Source of the DNA: Sphingomonas sp. | GTDB lineage: Bacteria > Pseudomonadota > Alphaproteobacteria > Sphingomonadales > Sphingomonadaceae | Direction of reading: 5' to 3' | Assembly (NCBI GenBank): GCA_031369985.1 | Contig: JANMPU010000034.1 | Span: 12,857-76,856 of the forward strand | Length of the DNA: 64,000 bases | Shown here: positions 35,422-48,069 of the stretch, piece by piece | How the letters are laid out: every line of letters starts with the position of its first letter | How positions within the stretch are numbered: the first letter of the stretch is position 1 | Notes under the pieces: generated by a model | Told to the model about the DNA's origin: nothing | Database searches by the model: none | The model's input: only the letters and a program-made list of their open reading frames with translations | Position numbers and translations under genes: made by a program

Positions 35422-36933
35422 ATGAACGACATGACCCCGATCAAAATGCAGCAACTTCCTTACTCCGATGCCGCCAAATCGATGCTCGCGCGCAAGCCAA
35501 TGCTGTTCATCAATAACGAGTGGGTGGCGTCGTCGCATGACTCAACAATTGCCGTTGAGGATCCGTCGACCGGCAAGGAGATCACGCGGATTGCCGATGC
35601 ATCGGACAAGGATGTGGACCGCGCGGTTGCGGCGGCAAAGGCGGCGTTTGATGATGGCCGCTGGTCGGGGCTTTCGCCGATGCAGCGCGAGCGGACAATG
35701 ATCCGCTTGGCCGATCTGCTCGAAGCCCATGCCGACGAGTTGGCTGAGTTGGAGGCCATCGACAACGGCAAGCCGAAAGGGATGGCGGGTGCGGTCGATA
35801 TTCCCGGCGCGATCAGCCAGATTCGTTTCATGGCGGGCTGGGCATCGAAAGTGTCGGGCAACACGACGCAGCCTTACACGATGCCGAACCACACGGTTTT
35901 CAGTTACACTGTGAAAGAGCCAGTTGGCGTTTGCGCGCAGATTGTGCCGTGGAATTTCCCGCTTTTGATGGCGTGTTTGAAGATTGCGCCAGCGCTGGCG
36001 GCGGGATGCACAATTGTTTTGAAGCCTGCTGAACAGACGTCGTTGACGGCGTTGCGCTTGGCTGATTTGATTGCCGAAGCGGGGTTCCCGGCGGGCGTGG
36101 TCAATGTGATTACCGGCAATGGCCACACCGCGGGCGACCGGATGGTCAAGCATCCCGATGTCGACAAGGTCGCGTTCACCGGCTCGACCGAAGTCGGCAA
36201 GATCATCAATCGCAACGCGACCGACAGCATGAAGCGGGTCACGCTCGAACTGGGCGGCAAGTCGCCGGTCGTCATCATGCCCGATGTCAACGTCGCCGAA
36301 GTCGCGCCGGGCGCGGCGGGCGCGATCTTCTTTAATGCAGGGCAAGTCTGCGTCGCGGGGTCGCGGCTGTTTGCACACCGTTCGATTTTTGATCAGGTGA
36401 TCGAGGGGATGGCTGAAGCATCGGCATTCTGGGCGCCGCGTCCCTCGCTTGATCCCGAGGGCCATATGGGCGCAATCATCAGCAAGGAACAACATGACAA
36501 GGTTATGGGCTATATCGAAGCGGGCAAGCGCGATGGCGCGTCGGTTGCGGTTGGCGGCGATGCGCCGTCGGGCGATGGTTATTTTGTCAATCCGACAATC
36601 CTCGTGGATGTGAATGCACAGATGAGTGTGGTGCGTGAAGAGATTTTCGGACCTGTTTTGGTGGCGCAACGCTTTGATGATCTCGACGAAGTGGCGAAGG
36701 CGGCTAACGATACTTGCTATGGCTTAGGCGCAGGCATTTGGACGCGCGACGTCGCGACCATGCACAAGCTCGCGTCGAAGATTAAGTCGGGGACGGTGTG
36801 GGGCAATTGCCATGCGGTCATCGACACCGCGCTCCCCTTTGGCGGCTACAAGGAATCGGGCATCGGTCGCGAGCAGGGTCAGGCCGGAATTGAGGCCTAT
36901 CTCGAGACCAAAACGGTTATCATTCAGCTTTAG
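35422..36933 (+). CDS. NAD(P)-dependent aldehyde dehydrogenase
   Basis: Start refined to ATG 35422. ALDH motifs ELGGKSP and FFNAGQVCVAGSR. Confidence 0.85.
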   Translation: MNDMTPIKMQQLPYSDAAKSMLARKPMLFINNEWVASSHDSTIAVEDPSTGKEITRIADASDKDVDRAVAAAKAAFDDGRWSGLSPMQRERTMIRLADLLEAHADELAELEAIDNGKPKGMAGAVDIPGAISQIRFMAGWASKVSGNTTQPYTMPNHTVFSYTVKEPVGVCAQIVPWNFPLLMACLKIAPALAAGCTIVLKPAEQTSLTALRLADLIAEAGFPAGVVNVITGNGHTAGDRMVKHPDVDKVAFTGSTEVGKIINRNATDSMKRVTLELGGKSPVVIMPDVNVAEVAPGAAGAIFFNAGQVCVAGSRLFAHRSIFDQVIEGMAEASAFWAPRPSLDPEGHMGAIISKEQHDKVMGYIEAGKRDGASVAVGGDAPSGDGYFVNPTILVDVNAQMSVVREEIFGPVLVAQRFDDLDEVAKAANDTCYGLGAGIWTRDVATMHKLASKIKSGTVWGNCHAVIDTALPFGGYKESGIGREQGQAGIEAYLETKTVIIQL

Positions 36934-36941
36934 GACTTCGA

Positions 36942-37814
36942 ATGCCCATCAATCTTGACGCCATCAAGGCCATCGACGTGCATGTGCACGCCGAAGTGTC
37001 GTGCCACGACCCCGAAGACCCGGTCATGGGCAAGTTTTTCGATGCGGCCAGCGCCTATTTCAAAGCGCCACGCGAACGGCCGAAAATGCCCGAGATCATC
37101 GAGATTTACCGCGAGCAACAGATCGCGTTCTGCATGTTCACGGTCGATTGCGAAAGCGGGATCGGGGCCAAGCGTGTGTCCAATTACGAGATTGCCGAGA
37201 TCGCCGCGAAGAATGACGACATCTGCATCGCGTTTGCCTCAATCGATCCACACAAGGGCAAAATGGGAGCGCGCGAAGCCCGCGACCTGATCGAGAATTA
37301 CGGGGTCAAGGGGTTCAAGTTCCACGGAATCATGCAGGATATCCACCCCGCGGACCGCGTCGCCTATCCGATCTACGAAGTCATTTCCGAATATAAGCTG
37401 CCTGCGATTTTCCATACTGGCCATTCGGGGATGGGCACGGGGATGCGCGGCGGCGGCGGGGTGCGGCTGAAATGGGGTCAGCCGATGCTGATCGACGATG
37501 TTGCCGTCGACTTTCCCGATATGAAAATCATCCTCGCGCATCCCAGCTGGCCTTGGGTTGATGAAAGCCTGTCGATGGCGCTGCACAAGGATAATGTGTT
37601 CATCGATTTGAGCGGGTGGAGCCCCAAATATTTCGCGCCGCAGATCATTCAATATGCCAACGGGCAGCTGAAAAAGAAGATGATGTTCGGGAGCGATTTT
37701 CCGTTGATCCATCCGGCCAAATGGATCGAGGCGGCGAAGTCAGTGGGCTTCAAGGATGAAGTTATGCCGGGGATCATGAAGGACAATGCGGCGCGGGTGC
37801 TGGGGCTGGTGTGA
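36942..37814 (+). CDS. Amidohydrolase-2 (metal-dependent hydrolase/decarboxylase) family protein
   Basis: 290 aa. N-terminal IDVHVHAE metal motif and FGSDFP near the C terminus. Confidence 0.6.
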   Translation: MPINLDAIKAIDVHVHAEVSCHDPEDPVMGKFFDAASAYFKAPRERPKMPEIIEIYREQQIAFCMFTVDCESGIGAKRVSNYEIAEIAAKNDDICIAFASIDPHKGKMGAREARDLIENYGVKGFKFHGIMQDIHPADRVAYPIYEVISEYKLPAIFHTGHSGMGTGMRGGGGVRLKWGQPMLIDDVAVDFPDMKIILAHPSWPWVDESLSMALHKDNVFIDLSGWSPKYFAPQIIQYANGQLKKKMMFGSDFPLIHPAKWIEAAKSVGFKDEVMPGIMKDNAARVLGLV

Positions 37815-37867
37815 TCCGTCTATGGCAGGGGTGCAAGTAGGCCTATTCCTCTTTGAAGGACACGATT

Positions 37868-38632
37868 ATGACCCTAAAATACTATCACGCCGAGCCCGCC
37901 GCGAACTCGCTGAAGTCGGTGATTTGCCTAAAGGAAAAGGGTCTCGATTTCGAGAGCCATTATGTGAATCTGCACACGTTCGAGCAGCATTCGGAATGGT
38001 TCGTGAAGATCAATCCCGATGGGCAAGTGCCGGTGCTTGACCATGACGGTGTCATGATCACGCACACGACTGTCATCAATGAATATTTGGAGGACGCGTT
38101 TCCAGACGCGACACCGCTGCGCCCGTCCGACCCGGCGGGCAAGGCGCGGATGCGATATTGGAACAAGTTTGTTGACGAGCACGTCATGAACCATGTCTCG
38201 ATGCATGGCTGGCACCGGATGGTTGGCGTGATCGCGCGCGGGATCGAAGGGGGCGAATTCGAGAAGTTGATGGAGCGCATTCCACTGCCCGATCAGCGCA
38301 AGAAATGGATGACGGCGCGCTCGGGGTTCAGCGAGGCGGAGTTGCAGAATGCGACTGACAAGATTGTTTATGCGTGCGCAAAAATCGAAGCGCATCTGGC
38401 GGGCAATATGTGGCTGGCGGGCGATATGTTCACATCTGCCGACGCCAATTTCTATTCGATGTGCGGGATGATGGTCGAGCGGATGTTCCCCGAACTCGAA
38501 GTCGCGGCGAATTATCCCCGCCTGATCGACTGGCGTGAACGGATGGAAGCGCGGTCGGGGGTGCGGGCGGGCTTGCAGATGCCCGACCATACCAATCCGG
38601 CCTTGAGAACTTGGACCGGGGAAGTGCGTTAA
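37868..38632 (+). CDS. Glutathione S-transferase, LigF/LigE beta-etherase-like
   Basis: Start at ATG 37868 (AAGGA RBS). [57 protein letters not shown] closely follows the LigF N terminus as I recall it. Confidence 0.7.
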   Translation: MTLKYYHAEPAANSLKSVICLKEKGLDFESHYVNLHTFEQHSEWFVKINPDGQVPVLDHDGVMITHTTVINEYLEDAFPDATPLRPSDPAGKARMRYWNKFVDEHVMNHVSMHGWHRMVGVIARGIEGGEFEKLMERIPLPDQRKKWMTARSGFSEAELQNATDKIVYACAKIEAHLAGNMWLAGDMFTSADANFYSMCGMMVERMFPELEVAANYPRLIDWRERMEARSGVRAGLQMPDHTNPALRTWTGEVR

Positions 38633-39489
38633 TCCCTAAACACCACCGTCTTGTTGCCACTTAAGAAAACGCGGTCCTGAAGATGCCAATGAACCGCTTG
38701 CGCGAGAACGCGGCGTTCGATGTCGCGGCCTTTGCGGACCAGATCGTCGGGGCTGTCGGCGTGGCTGATCAGTTCGACATCCTGATGGATGATCGGTCCT
38801 TCGTCGAGGTCGCCCGTGACATAATGCGCCGTCGCACCGATCATTTTGACGCCGCGGGCATGCGCCTGATGATAGGGCTTGGCACCCTTGAAACCGGGCA
38901 GGAAGCTATGGTGGATGTTGATGCAGCGGCCGGAGAGGAATGTGGCCATGTCGTCGGATAGGATTTGCATGTAGCGCGCCAAGACGACGAGTTCGGTTTC
39001 TGATTCATCGACAATTCGTTTGATGCGTTCTTCTTGTGCGGGTTTGGTGTCGGGCGCTACTGGCAGGTGGTGGAACGGAATGTCCCCGATCAGCGAAATC
39101 TTCAGCACCTCATGCGGGTGGTTGCAGATGATCCCCACGACATCCATCGCGAGTTCGCCTATGCGGTGGCGATAGAGAAGATCGCCGAGGCAATGATCGA
39201 ATTTCGAAACAAGCAGCAACACTTTGCGTCGTGCGCCGATGGGGCGGAGTGACCAGTCCATGGCATGGCCCATCGCGTAATCGCCGAATGCTGAAGACAA
39301 GGTGTCGGTCGATCCGCCGCCCAGCATTTCGAAGACGACGCGCATGAAGAAGCGGTCGCGTTCTTTGTCATTATACTGCTGTGAGTCGAGAATGTTGCCA
39401 CCATTTTCAGCGAGCAGATGCGCTACCCCCGCGACCAGCGCGGGTTGGTCTGGGCAAGCCAGCGTCATCACATAAGCGGAGCCAGGCAT
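38629..39489 (-). CDS. purU: Formyltetrahydrofolate deformylase
   Basis: 286 aa. ACT-like N domain plus a formyltransferase core with [19 protein letters not shown]. Confidence 0.9.
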   Translation of the reverse strand: MPGSAYVMTLACPDQPALVAGVAHLLAENGGNILDSQQYNDKERDRFFMRVVFEMLGGGSTDTLSSAFGDYAMGHAMDWSLRPIGARRKVLLLVSKFDHCLGDLLYRHRIGELAMDVVGIICNHPHEVLKISLIGDIPFHHLPVAPDTKPAQEERIKRIVDESETELVVLARYMQILSDDMATFLSGRCINIHHSFLPGFKGAKPYHQAHARGVKMIGATAHYVTGDLDEGPIIHQDVELISHADSPDDLVRKGRDIERRVLAQAVHWHLQDRVFLSGNKTVVFRD

Positions 39490-39509
39490 CGCATGTCCTC
39501 GTTCAAATT

Positions 39510-39534
39510 ATTGTTTGTGTTACATACGAATTTT
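39510..39534. promoter_or_regulatory. AT-rich operator-like motif, site 2 of 4
   Basis: ATTGTTTGTGTTACATACGAATTTT in the purU/ligM divergent intergenic region. It matches site 3 at 21 of 25 positions. Confidence 0.5.
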
Positions 39535-39539
39535 GCTAG

Positions 39540-41840
<2,301 letters not shown>

Positions 41841-41860
<20 letters not shown>

Positions 41861-42239
41861 GTTCGAGCAAAACCCCGTTCGGGTCCATCGTAAATATTTG
41901 GCGGAGTCCGATGCTTTCAACCAGATTCAGTTGATAGTCTGCACTGCGCGCGTCCAATCGTGCCGCCATCCCATCATAGCCTTCGCATCGCAGCGCGATA
42001 TGGTGGATCGACCCCGTCGGCCCCGGCATCACGTCGCGGTCATAAGTGCGCGGGCAATCGAGGCTGTTGATATGAATGATCGCGCGGCCTTCGCCGTCAT
42101 ACATCCATTGGGCATTGACGGGCGTTAGAGGCGGCGGCCCATCGTGCCGTTCGAGGTTGAGCAGATCGGCATAGAAGCGGGCTGTTCCGTCGAGGTCAGC
42201 CGTAATGATGTTTATATGATCAAGCGCTTGGACTTTCAT
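41841..42239 (-). CDS. VOC/glyoxalase-family protein
   Basis: 132 aa. LDHINIITADLDGTARFY and HIALRCEGYD are typical of the vicinal oxygen chelate fold. Confidence 0.7.
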
Positions 42240-43138
42240 GTCGCCATTCTAGCCGCGTCGCGCGCCTCTTTATAGGCTTTGCGGCGGAACGCTTCGATGG
42301 TGACGCGCTGGTCGTAGCCGGGATCTTGTGGATAGTCGCGATAGTCGCCGAGGACTTCCTGAAAATACTCTGCCAATTCCTCGCGGTGGTCGGGCATCGG
42401 GAAGATATAGGCTTGGTTCTCGCGCATGCCCTGAAGGATGCGCGCGCCGATGACATCGGGTTCCATGCCGACATCGTGCATGCCCGCAAGGCGTTCGACA
42501 TTTTCGGTGTTGATGGGCTTGGCACCATCCATCAAAGCGGCGGGGCGGATGTCGTCGCTGGCGTAGATATAGCTTTTCACGAGCCCGGGGCAAACGCACG
42601 AAACGCCAATGCCATGTTTGGCGAGGCTGTAGCGCAGGCTTTCGCTCAGCCCGCGCACCGCGAATTTTGTGGTGTTATAGATGCCCGGCGATCCGCTCGC
42701 GAGCCAGCCTGCCATCGACGCGGTGTTGACGATATAACCGCCCTTGCCATGTGCGATCATCCTTGGCGCAAAGGTCATGCAGCCGTTGATCGGGCCATGC
42801 AGATTGACGCCTATCAGCCAGTCCCAATCGGACCAGCTCGACTCCTCTATTGGTTGAAACAGGTTCACCCCTGCATTGTTGAAGAGGAGCGTTACAGGGC
42901 CGAAATTGGCTTCGACCTTGTCAGCTGCGCCCGCCATTTCTTCGCGCGAGGCGACGTTGACTTGGACGCCCATAACCATCTGATTGTCGAGCGATTTGAG
43001 CGCGCGCTCGATATGATCCTCGCGGATGTCGGCAATGGCGACTTTGCAGCCCTCGGCGAGTAGTGCGCGGACAACGCCAATGCCGATGCCGTTTGCGCCG
43101 CCGGTGACAAAAGCAGTGCGGCCCGCGAATTCGATCAT
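42236..43138 (-). CDS. Short-chain dehydrogenase/reductase, LigD/L/N-like
   Basis: 300 aa. TGGANGIGIG cofactor motif, NNAG, and YNTTK catalytic motif. Confidence 0.7.
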   Translation of the reverse strand: MIEFAGRTAFVTGGANGIGIGVVRALLAEGCKVAIADIREDHIERALKSLDNQMVMGVQVNVASREEMAGAADKVEANFGPVTLLFNNAGVNLFQPIEESSWSDWDWLIGVNLHGPINGCMTFAPRMIAHGKGGYIVNTASMAGWLASGSPGIYNTTKFAVRGLSESLRYSLAKHGIGVSCVCPGLVKSYIYASDDIRPAALMDGAKPINTENVERLAGMHDVGMEPDVIGARILQGMRENQAYIFPMPDHREELAEYFQEVLGDYRDYPQDPGYDQRVTIEAFRRKAYKEARDAARMAT

Positions 43139-44052
43139 GGTTTCAGACCTTGTTGACGCGCAATTTCAGCGGCCCAGATCGGCGAGTTGAACAGCATGCC
43201 GAAGGTTGCCTTGTAATCGGGGTTTTCGGGCAGGTACGCGGGGACCGAGGCGATCATGGCATTCGCGCGGTCGGTGACGCCGCCCAGAAATTCGCTGTGC
43301 GTCAGGATATAGAGTTCGTCGTTGAGGATACCGCGCAGGACGCGTTCGCCGACTTCTTCTTTGGTCTGGTAAAGATGGAACAGGTTCCCGCCATTTTGGC
43401 GGCGCTTGTCCGCCTCGGCATAGCCCGAATCGGCCAGATCGGCGGGGCGGGTTTTTCCAGCTTCCGCAATGTTTGACTGGACAGCACCGGGGCAGAATGC
43501 CGAACAGATGACGCCGCGTGGTTCGAGTTCGGGGCGCATACATTCCATCATCGTGACAAGCGCGGCCTTGCCCGTCGAATAGATTGTCGTGCCACCGACG
43601 GGGACGAGCCCTGACATCGAACAGGTGTTGACGATGTGCCCGCCTTCGCCATGCGCAAGGATGCGCGGGAGGAGCGTGACGACGCCGTTGATTGCGCCAT
43701 TCACGTTGACGCCCATCACCCAGTCCCAATCGGCGAAGGTCGCAAGTTCGGTTGGGCCGACGACAGCGACGCCAGCATTGTTGATCAGGACGTGGACCTT
43801 GCCGAACTTTGCTTCGGCGGCATCGGCGGCGCGGGCGTAATCGGCGCGGTCGGTGACGTCGAGCTTGACGGCGAGCACGTGGTCGCCGCCGTTTAGTTCG
43901 GTGGTTGCCGCGCTCAGATGATCGTCGCGGATGTCGGCAATGACGACATTCATACCTGCGCTCAGCAACGCTTTTGCAATGCCAAGTCCGATCCCGCTTG
44001 CTCCGCCGGTGATGAAAGCTGTTTTACCATTCAGGTTTTGCACTTTTCGCAT
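43135..44052 (-). CDS. Short-chain dehydrogenase/reductase, LigD-like C-alpha-dehydrogenase candidate
   Basis: Start refined to ATG 44052. AFITGGASGIGLG, DWDWVMGVNVNGAINGV and YSTGKAA parallel my recollection of LigD (AFITGGASGAGFG, DFDWIIGVNLNGVINGM). Confidence 0.7.
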   Translation of the reverse strand: MRKVQNLNGKTAFITGGASGIGLGIAKALLSAGMNVVIADIRDDHLSAATTELNGGDHVLAVKLDVTDRADYARAADAAEAKFGKVHVLINNAGVAVVGPTELATFADWDWVMGVNVNGAINGVVTLLPRILAHGEGGHIVNTCSMSGLVPVGGTTIYSTGKAALVTMMECMRPELEPRGVICSAFCPGAVQSNIAEAGKTRPADLADSGYAEADKRRQNGGNLFHLYQTKEEVGERVLRGILNDELYILTHSEFLGGVTDRANAMIASVPAYLPENPDYKATFGMLFNSPIWAAEIARQQGLKP

Positions 44053-44092
44053 CCTCCCACCACAAAGCGCTGGACAAGTCCGCACAAAGCAG

Positions 44093-44116
44093 ATTGTATT
44101 TGTTACATACAAATTT
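44093..44116. promoter_or_regulatory. AT-rich operator-like palindrome, site 3 of 4
   Basis: ATTGTATTTGTTACATACAAATTT (TTGTA-N9-TACAA) in the SDR/MFS divergent intergenic region. Confidence 0.5.
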
Positions 44117-44152
44117 GCCCATGAAAAGAGCCGGGCGAAAAGGAGGACAGGG

Positions 44153-45541
44153 ATGGCCGGAGTGAGCGCCGTTTTACCCGATGCGCCGACTACAGCCGCG
44201 GGCGCCGCGCGGGTGTGGCCATCATCGGGTGCGGCTTATTGGGCGCTGTTTGCCATTGTGCTGGCGACCTTTATGTCGTTTTTTGATGCTGTCGTGTTCG
44301 GGATGCTGGCCGAAAGCATTAAGAAAGATTTCGGGCTGACCGATACGCAGCTGGGGTTCCTTGCTGGCCCCGCGACAATCATCTGCTATTTCTTCGTTGG
44401 CATTCCGCTGGGGCGGCTGGCGGACATTTATCCGCGCAAATTCGTGCTGGCGGCGAGTGCAGGGATTACCGGCGTGCTGATTGCGCTCAGTGGGGTTGCG
44501 CAGTCGTTCGGTCAATTTGTGGGGAGTCGCGTGTTTCTGGCGGCAGGCGGATCCGCGCACGCACCAGCATCCTATTCGCTGCTGGCCGATGCCTTTCCAC
44601 CGCAGAAACTCACGCGCGCGTTCGCGCTGTTGCAGTTCGGTTTCATCGGCGGGACAACGCTTGGCCCAATCCTCGGCGGGCGATTGGTGCGCGCATCGAC
44701 GGGGTGGGACCACAGCACGATTTTGGGTCTGACCGTTTACAACTGGCAATGGGTGATGATGTATCTGGCAATCCCGTCGCTGATTGCTTCGCTGCTGTTC
44801 TTGTCGGTGCGCGAACCGACCCGACTGGCACCGCGGCCTGACAGCGTGCACATTCCCACAGACGGCGGTTTGCTGCGCAAGGTCATCACCTTCATGGGGT
44901 TTGATGCGGCGCGGGCTATCCATGCAGGCGGCAGGGTTTATTACCCGATGTTCGGGGCGCTGGCCCTGAGTGCAGTTGAGGTGTTCGGCATTTTGTTCTG
45001 GCGGACCCCCTATCTGATGCGTGAATTCGGTTGGGATGCGGCGCAGATCGGCGATGTTGTCGGGACGACGGCGCTGTTTGCGTCACTTGCCGGATTGGTG
45101 GCGGGTGGCGTGTTCGTCGAATGGCTTGCCAAGCGCCATAGCGACGCAAACATCCGCGCCGCATTCTTCTGCTTCTGCGGCACGACGGCAGTGATCATTA
45201 TTGCATTGCTGGTGCGCGACCCATTCTGGTCCTGCGTCGCATTTGGTTGCGCAGCTTTTTTCGGGATTGCCGGTGCCGTCCCGCAAAATGCCGCGATCCA
45301 GCGGGTCGCGCCCAATGACATGCGGGGGCAGATTACGGCCTTTTATCTATTCATGTTCACGTTTTTCGGAGCCATGGGGAGCTGGTTCATCGGCGCTGTG
45401 TCGGACAAGGTGACGGGTGATTTGGGCAATGCGATCCTGATCACCGCTTGCACAATTTTGCCGATGGCCGCGTTTCTGATGTTCCGCGCGATCCGTCCGT
45501 ACCGGGACGAAGTCGCACGACTGGCGGCTGTCGGCTTATGA
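44153..45541 (+). CDS. MFS transporter
   Basis: Start refined to ATG 44153. Has about 12 predicted TM helices and the GIPLGRLADIYPRK loop motif. Confidence 0.8.
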   Translation: MAGVSAVLPDAPTTAAGAARVWPSSGAAYWALFAIVLATFMSFFDAVVFGMLAESIKKDFGLTDTQLGFLAGPATIICYFFVGIPLGRLADIYPRKFVLAASAGITGVLIALSGVAQSFGQFVGSRVFLAAGGSAHAPASYSLLADAFPPQKLTRAFALLQFGFIGGTTLGPILGGRLVRASTGWDHSTILGLTVYNWQWVMMYLAIPSLIASLLFLSVREPTRLAPRPDSVHIPTDGGLLRKVITFMGFDAARAIHAGGRVYYPMFGALALSAVEVFGILFWRTPYLMREFGWDAAQIGDVVGTTALFASLAGLVAGGVFVEWLAKRHSDANIRAAFFCFCGTTAVIIIALLVRDPFWSCVAFGCAAFFGIAGAVPQNAAIQRVAPNDMRGQITAFYLFMFTFFGAMGSWFIGAVSDKVTGDLGNAILITACTILPMAAFLMFRAIRPYRDEVARLAAVGL

Positions 45542-46968
45542 CGGACTATCCTGCGCTTCACATGATTATTGACGGCGAAAAGGTTTTTGCCGGGGATCGC
45601 CGGACGCACCAGGTTGTGAATCCGGCCACCGAGGACGTCATCGGTGAATTGCCGCTTGCTAATGCGGCGGACCTCGACCGGGCGCTTGAGACCGCAGCAA
45701 AGGGGTTTCGCATCTGGCGTGACTCGACGCCGCAGCAACGCGCCACCGTCCTGTCAGGGGCTGCACGCTTGATGGTCGAGCGGCAGGAGGACATCGCGCG
45801 CATCGCAACGATGGAGCAAGGCAAGACGCTCGCCGAAACGCGCATCGAAGTGATGATGAATGTCGGTCTGTTCAACTTCTACGCAGGCGAGGCGATGCGC
45901 GTTTACGGTCGGCAATTGGTGCGGCCGTCGGGCATGCGCTCGACGGTCACGTATGAGCCCGTCGGCCCGGTTGCGGCCTTTGCGCCGTGGAATTTCCCGA
46001 TCGGTAACCCCGGGCGTAAGCTGGGCGCGCCAATTGCGGCGGGATGTTCGGTGATCCTGAAAGCGGCGGAAGAAGCCCCTGCGAGTGCGTTGGCGGTGCT
46101 GCAATGTCTGCTCGATGCGGGATTGCCGAAGGAAGTGGCGCAGGCGGTGTTTGGTGCGCCTGATGAGGTTTCGCGGCACTTGCTGGGATCGCCCGTCATC
46201 CGCAAGCTGAGCTTCACCGGCTCAACGGTGGTCGGCAAGCACCTGATGAAACTCGCCGCCGAGGACATGAAGCGCACGACGATGGAGTTGGGCGGGCATG
46301 GCCCCGTGCTGGTGTTTGACGATGTCGATGTGGATCAGGTGCTCGACACGATGGTGCCCGCAAAGTTTCGCAATGCCGGCCAGGTTTGCGTTTCGCCGAC
46401 GCGTTTCATCGTGCAGGACGGCGTGTTCGACCGCTTCCGCGACGGCTTTGTCGCGCGCGCCAAGGCGCTAAAGGTTGGCAATGGTGCCGAAGATGGCGTG
46501 CAGATGGGACCGATGGCGAACCCGCGCCGCCCCGATGCGATGGAGCGGATGATCGGTGATGCTGTCTCGCGTGGCGGCAAGCTGCTGACCGGTGGCGAAC
46601 GGATCGGGAATCAGGGCTATTTTTATATGCCGTCGTTGCTGGCGGACGTGCCGCTGGAGGCTGAAATCATGAACGAGGAACCGTTCGGGCCAGTCGCGAT
46701 CCTCAATCCGTTTGCGCGCGAGGAAGATATGATCGCCGAAGCCAACCGGCTTCCTTATGGCCTTGCCGCTTATTCTTGGACCAATGACGCCAAGCGCCAG
46801 AAACGCCTCGCCCGTGAAATCGAAACAGGCATGTTCTGCGTCAACACGACGATGCTGGGCGGGCCGGATACGCCCTTCGGCGGGGTAAAATGGTCGGGGC
46901 ACGGGCATGAGGACGGGCCGGAGGGGGTGATGGCGTGCATGGTATTGAAGACGGTACATGAGGGGTAG
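45538..46968 (+). CDS. NAD(P)-dependent aldehyde dehydrogenase
   Basis: Start at ATG 45538 (ATGA overlap). Motifs ELGGHGP and NAGQVCVSPTR. Confidence 0.85.
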   Translation: MTDYPALHMIIDGEKVFAGDRRTHQVVNPATEDVIGELPLANAADLDRALETAAKGFRIWRDSTPQQRATVLSGAARLMVERQEDIARIATMEQGKTLAETRIEVMMNVGLFNFYAGEAMRVYGRQLVRPSGMRSTVTYEPVGPVAAFAPWNFPIGNPGRKLGAPIAAGCSVILKAAEEAPASALAVLQCLLDAGLPKEVAQAVFGAPDEVSRHLLGSPVIRKLSFTGSTVVGKHLMKLAAEDMKRTTMELGGHGPVLVFDDVDVDQVLDTMVPAKFRNAGQVCVSPTRFIVQDGVFDRFRDGFVARAKALKVGNGAEDGVQMGPMANPRRPDAMERMIGDAVSRGGKLLTGGERIGNQGYFYMPSLLADVPLEAEIMNEEPFGPVAILNPFAREEDMIAEANRLPYGLAAYSWTNDAKRQKRLAREIETGMFCVNTTMLGGPDTPFGGVKWSGHGHEDGPEGVMACMVLKTVHEG

Positions 46969-47013
46969 GGCGATCAAATCCTCCCCTGAATCTTCGTTCA
47001 GGGAAGAATTAGA

Positions 47014-48069
47014 GTGACCCACGACCTCAACACCGGCGGGGATCGCGGATACCTGCGTATCGCAACCGAGGAAGCGTTTGCGACGCGCGAGCAGATTGAT
47101 GTTTTCCTTCGCATGGTCCGCGACGGGACGGCGGATAAGGGCATGGTCTCGCTGTGGGGCTTTTACGCAACCAGTCCTTCCGAACGCGCAACGCAGATTA
47201 TTGATCGGCTGCTCGATCTGGGTGAGCAGCGGATCGCGCATATGGACCAAATGGGGATCGATAAAGCTGTTCTCGCGTTGACGTCGCCCGGCGTACAGCC
47301 GATGATTGATGTGGCGAAAGCCAAGGGCATTGCGTCGCGCGCCAATGATTATCTCGCCGAACGCTGCGCCGCCTATCCCGACCGTTTCATCGGGATGACA
47401 GCAGTGGCACCGCAGGATCCGTTATGGTCGGCGGACGAAATCCGGCGCGGCGCACGCGACCTTGGTTTCAAAGGCGTCCAGATCAACTCGCATACCCAAG
47501 GTGCTTATCTTGACGACGCACAGTTCGACCCCATTTTCCGTGCGCTCGCCGATTTAGGTCAGCCGCTTTACATTCATCCGGCGACGCTGCCCGACAGCAT
47601 GATGGGCGGGATGATTGACGCTGGCCTTGACGGCGCAGTGTTCGGGTTCGCGGTTGAGACCAGCTATCATCTGCTCCGCCTCGTCACGACCGGGATTTTT
47701 GACCGCTATCCCGATTTACAAATCATTGCGGGGCATGGGTGTGAAGCCTTGCCCTACTGGCTCTATCGCACTGATTTCATGCACAAGGCAGGCATCCGGT
47801 CGCAGCGTTATGAACGGTTGAGGCCGCTCAACCATGATCTGTTCCATTATATGCGCCACAATTTTCTGGGCACATGCAGTGGCCTGCCGTTCGAACCTGC
47901 AATCAAGCTGATGATCGACGTGATGGGCGAAGATCGGGTGATGTATGCAATGGATTATCCGTACGAATATGTCGCCGACGAAGTCCGCGCGATGGACAAT
48001 CTGGGCATCACGGACGCGCAGAAAAAGAAGTTTTTTCAGACCAATGCCGAACGCTGGTTCGGCCTGTGA
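47014..48069 (+). CDS. ligW: 5-carboxyvanillate decarboxylase-like (LigW; ACMSD/amidohydrolase-2 family)
   Basis: 351 aa. GYLRIATEEAFATREQIDVFLRMVRDGTADKGMVSLWGFY and DRVMYAMDYPYEYVADEVRAMD match SYK-6 LigW as I recall it. Confidence 0.75.
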   Translation: MTHDLNTGGDRGYLRIATEEAFATREQIDVFLRMVRDGTADKGMVSLWGFYATSPSERATQIIDRLLDLGEQRIAHMDQMGIDKAVLALTSPGVQPMIDVAKAKGIASRANDYLAERCAAYPDRFIGMTAVAPQDPLWSADEIRRGARDLGFKGVQINSHTQGAYLDDAQFDPIFRALADLGQPLYIHPATLPDSMMGGMIDAGLDGAVFGFAVETSYHLLRLVTTGIFDRYPDLQIIAGHGCEALPYWLYRTDFMHKAGIRSQRYERLRPLNHDLFHYMRHNFLGTCSGLPFEPAIKLMIDVMGEDRVMYAMDYPYEYVADEVRAMDNLGITDAQKKKFFQTNAERWFGL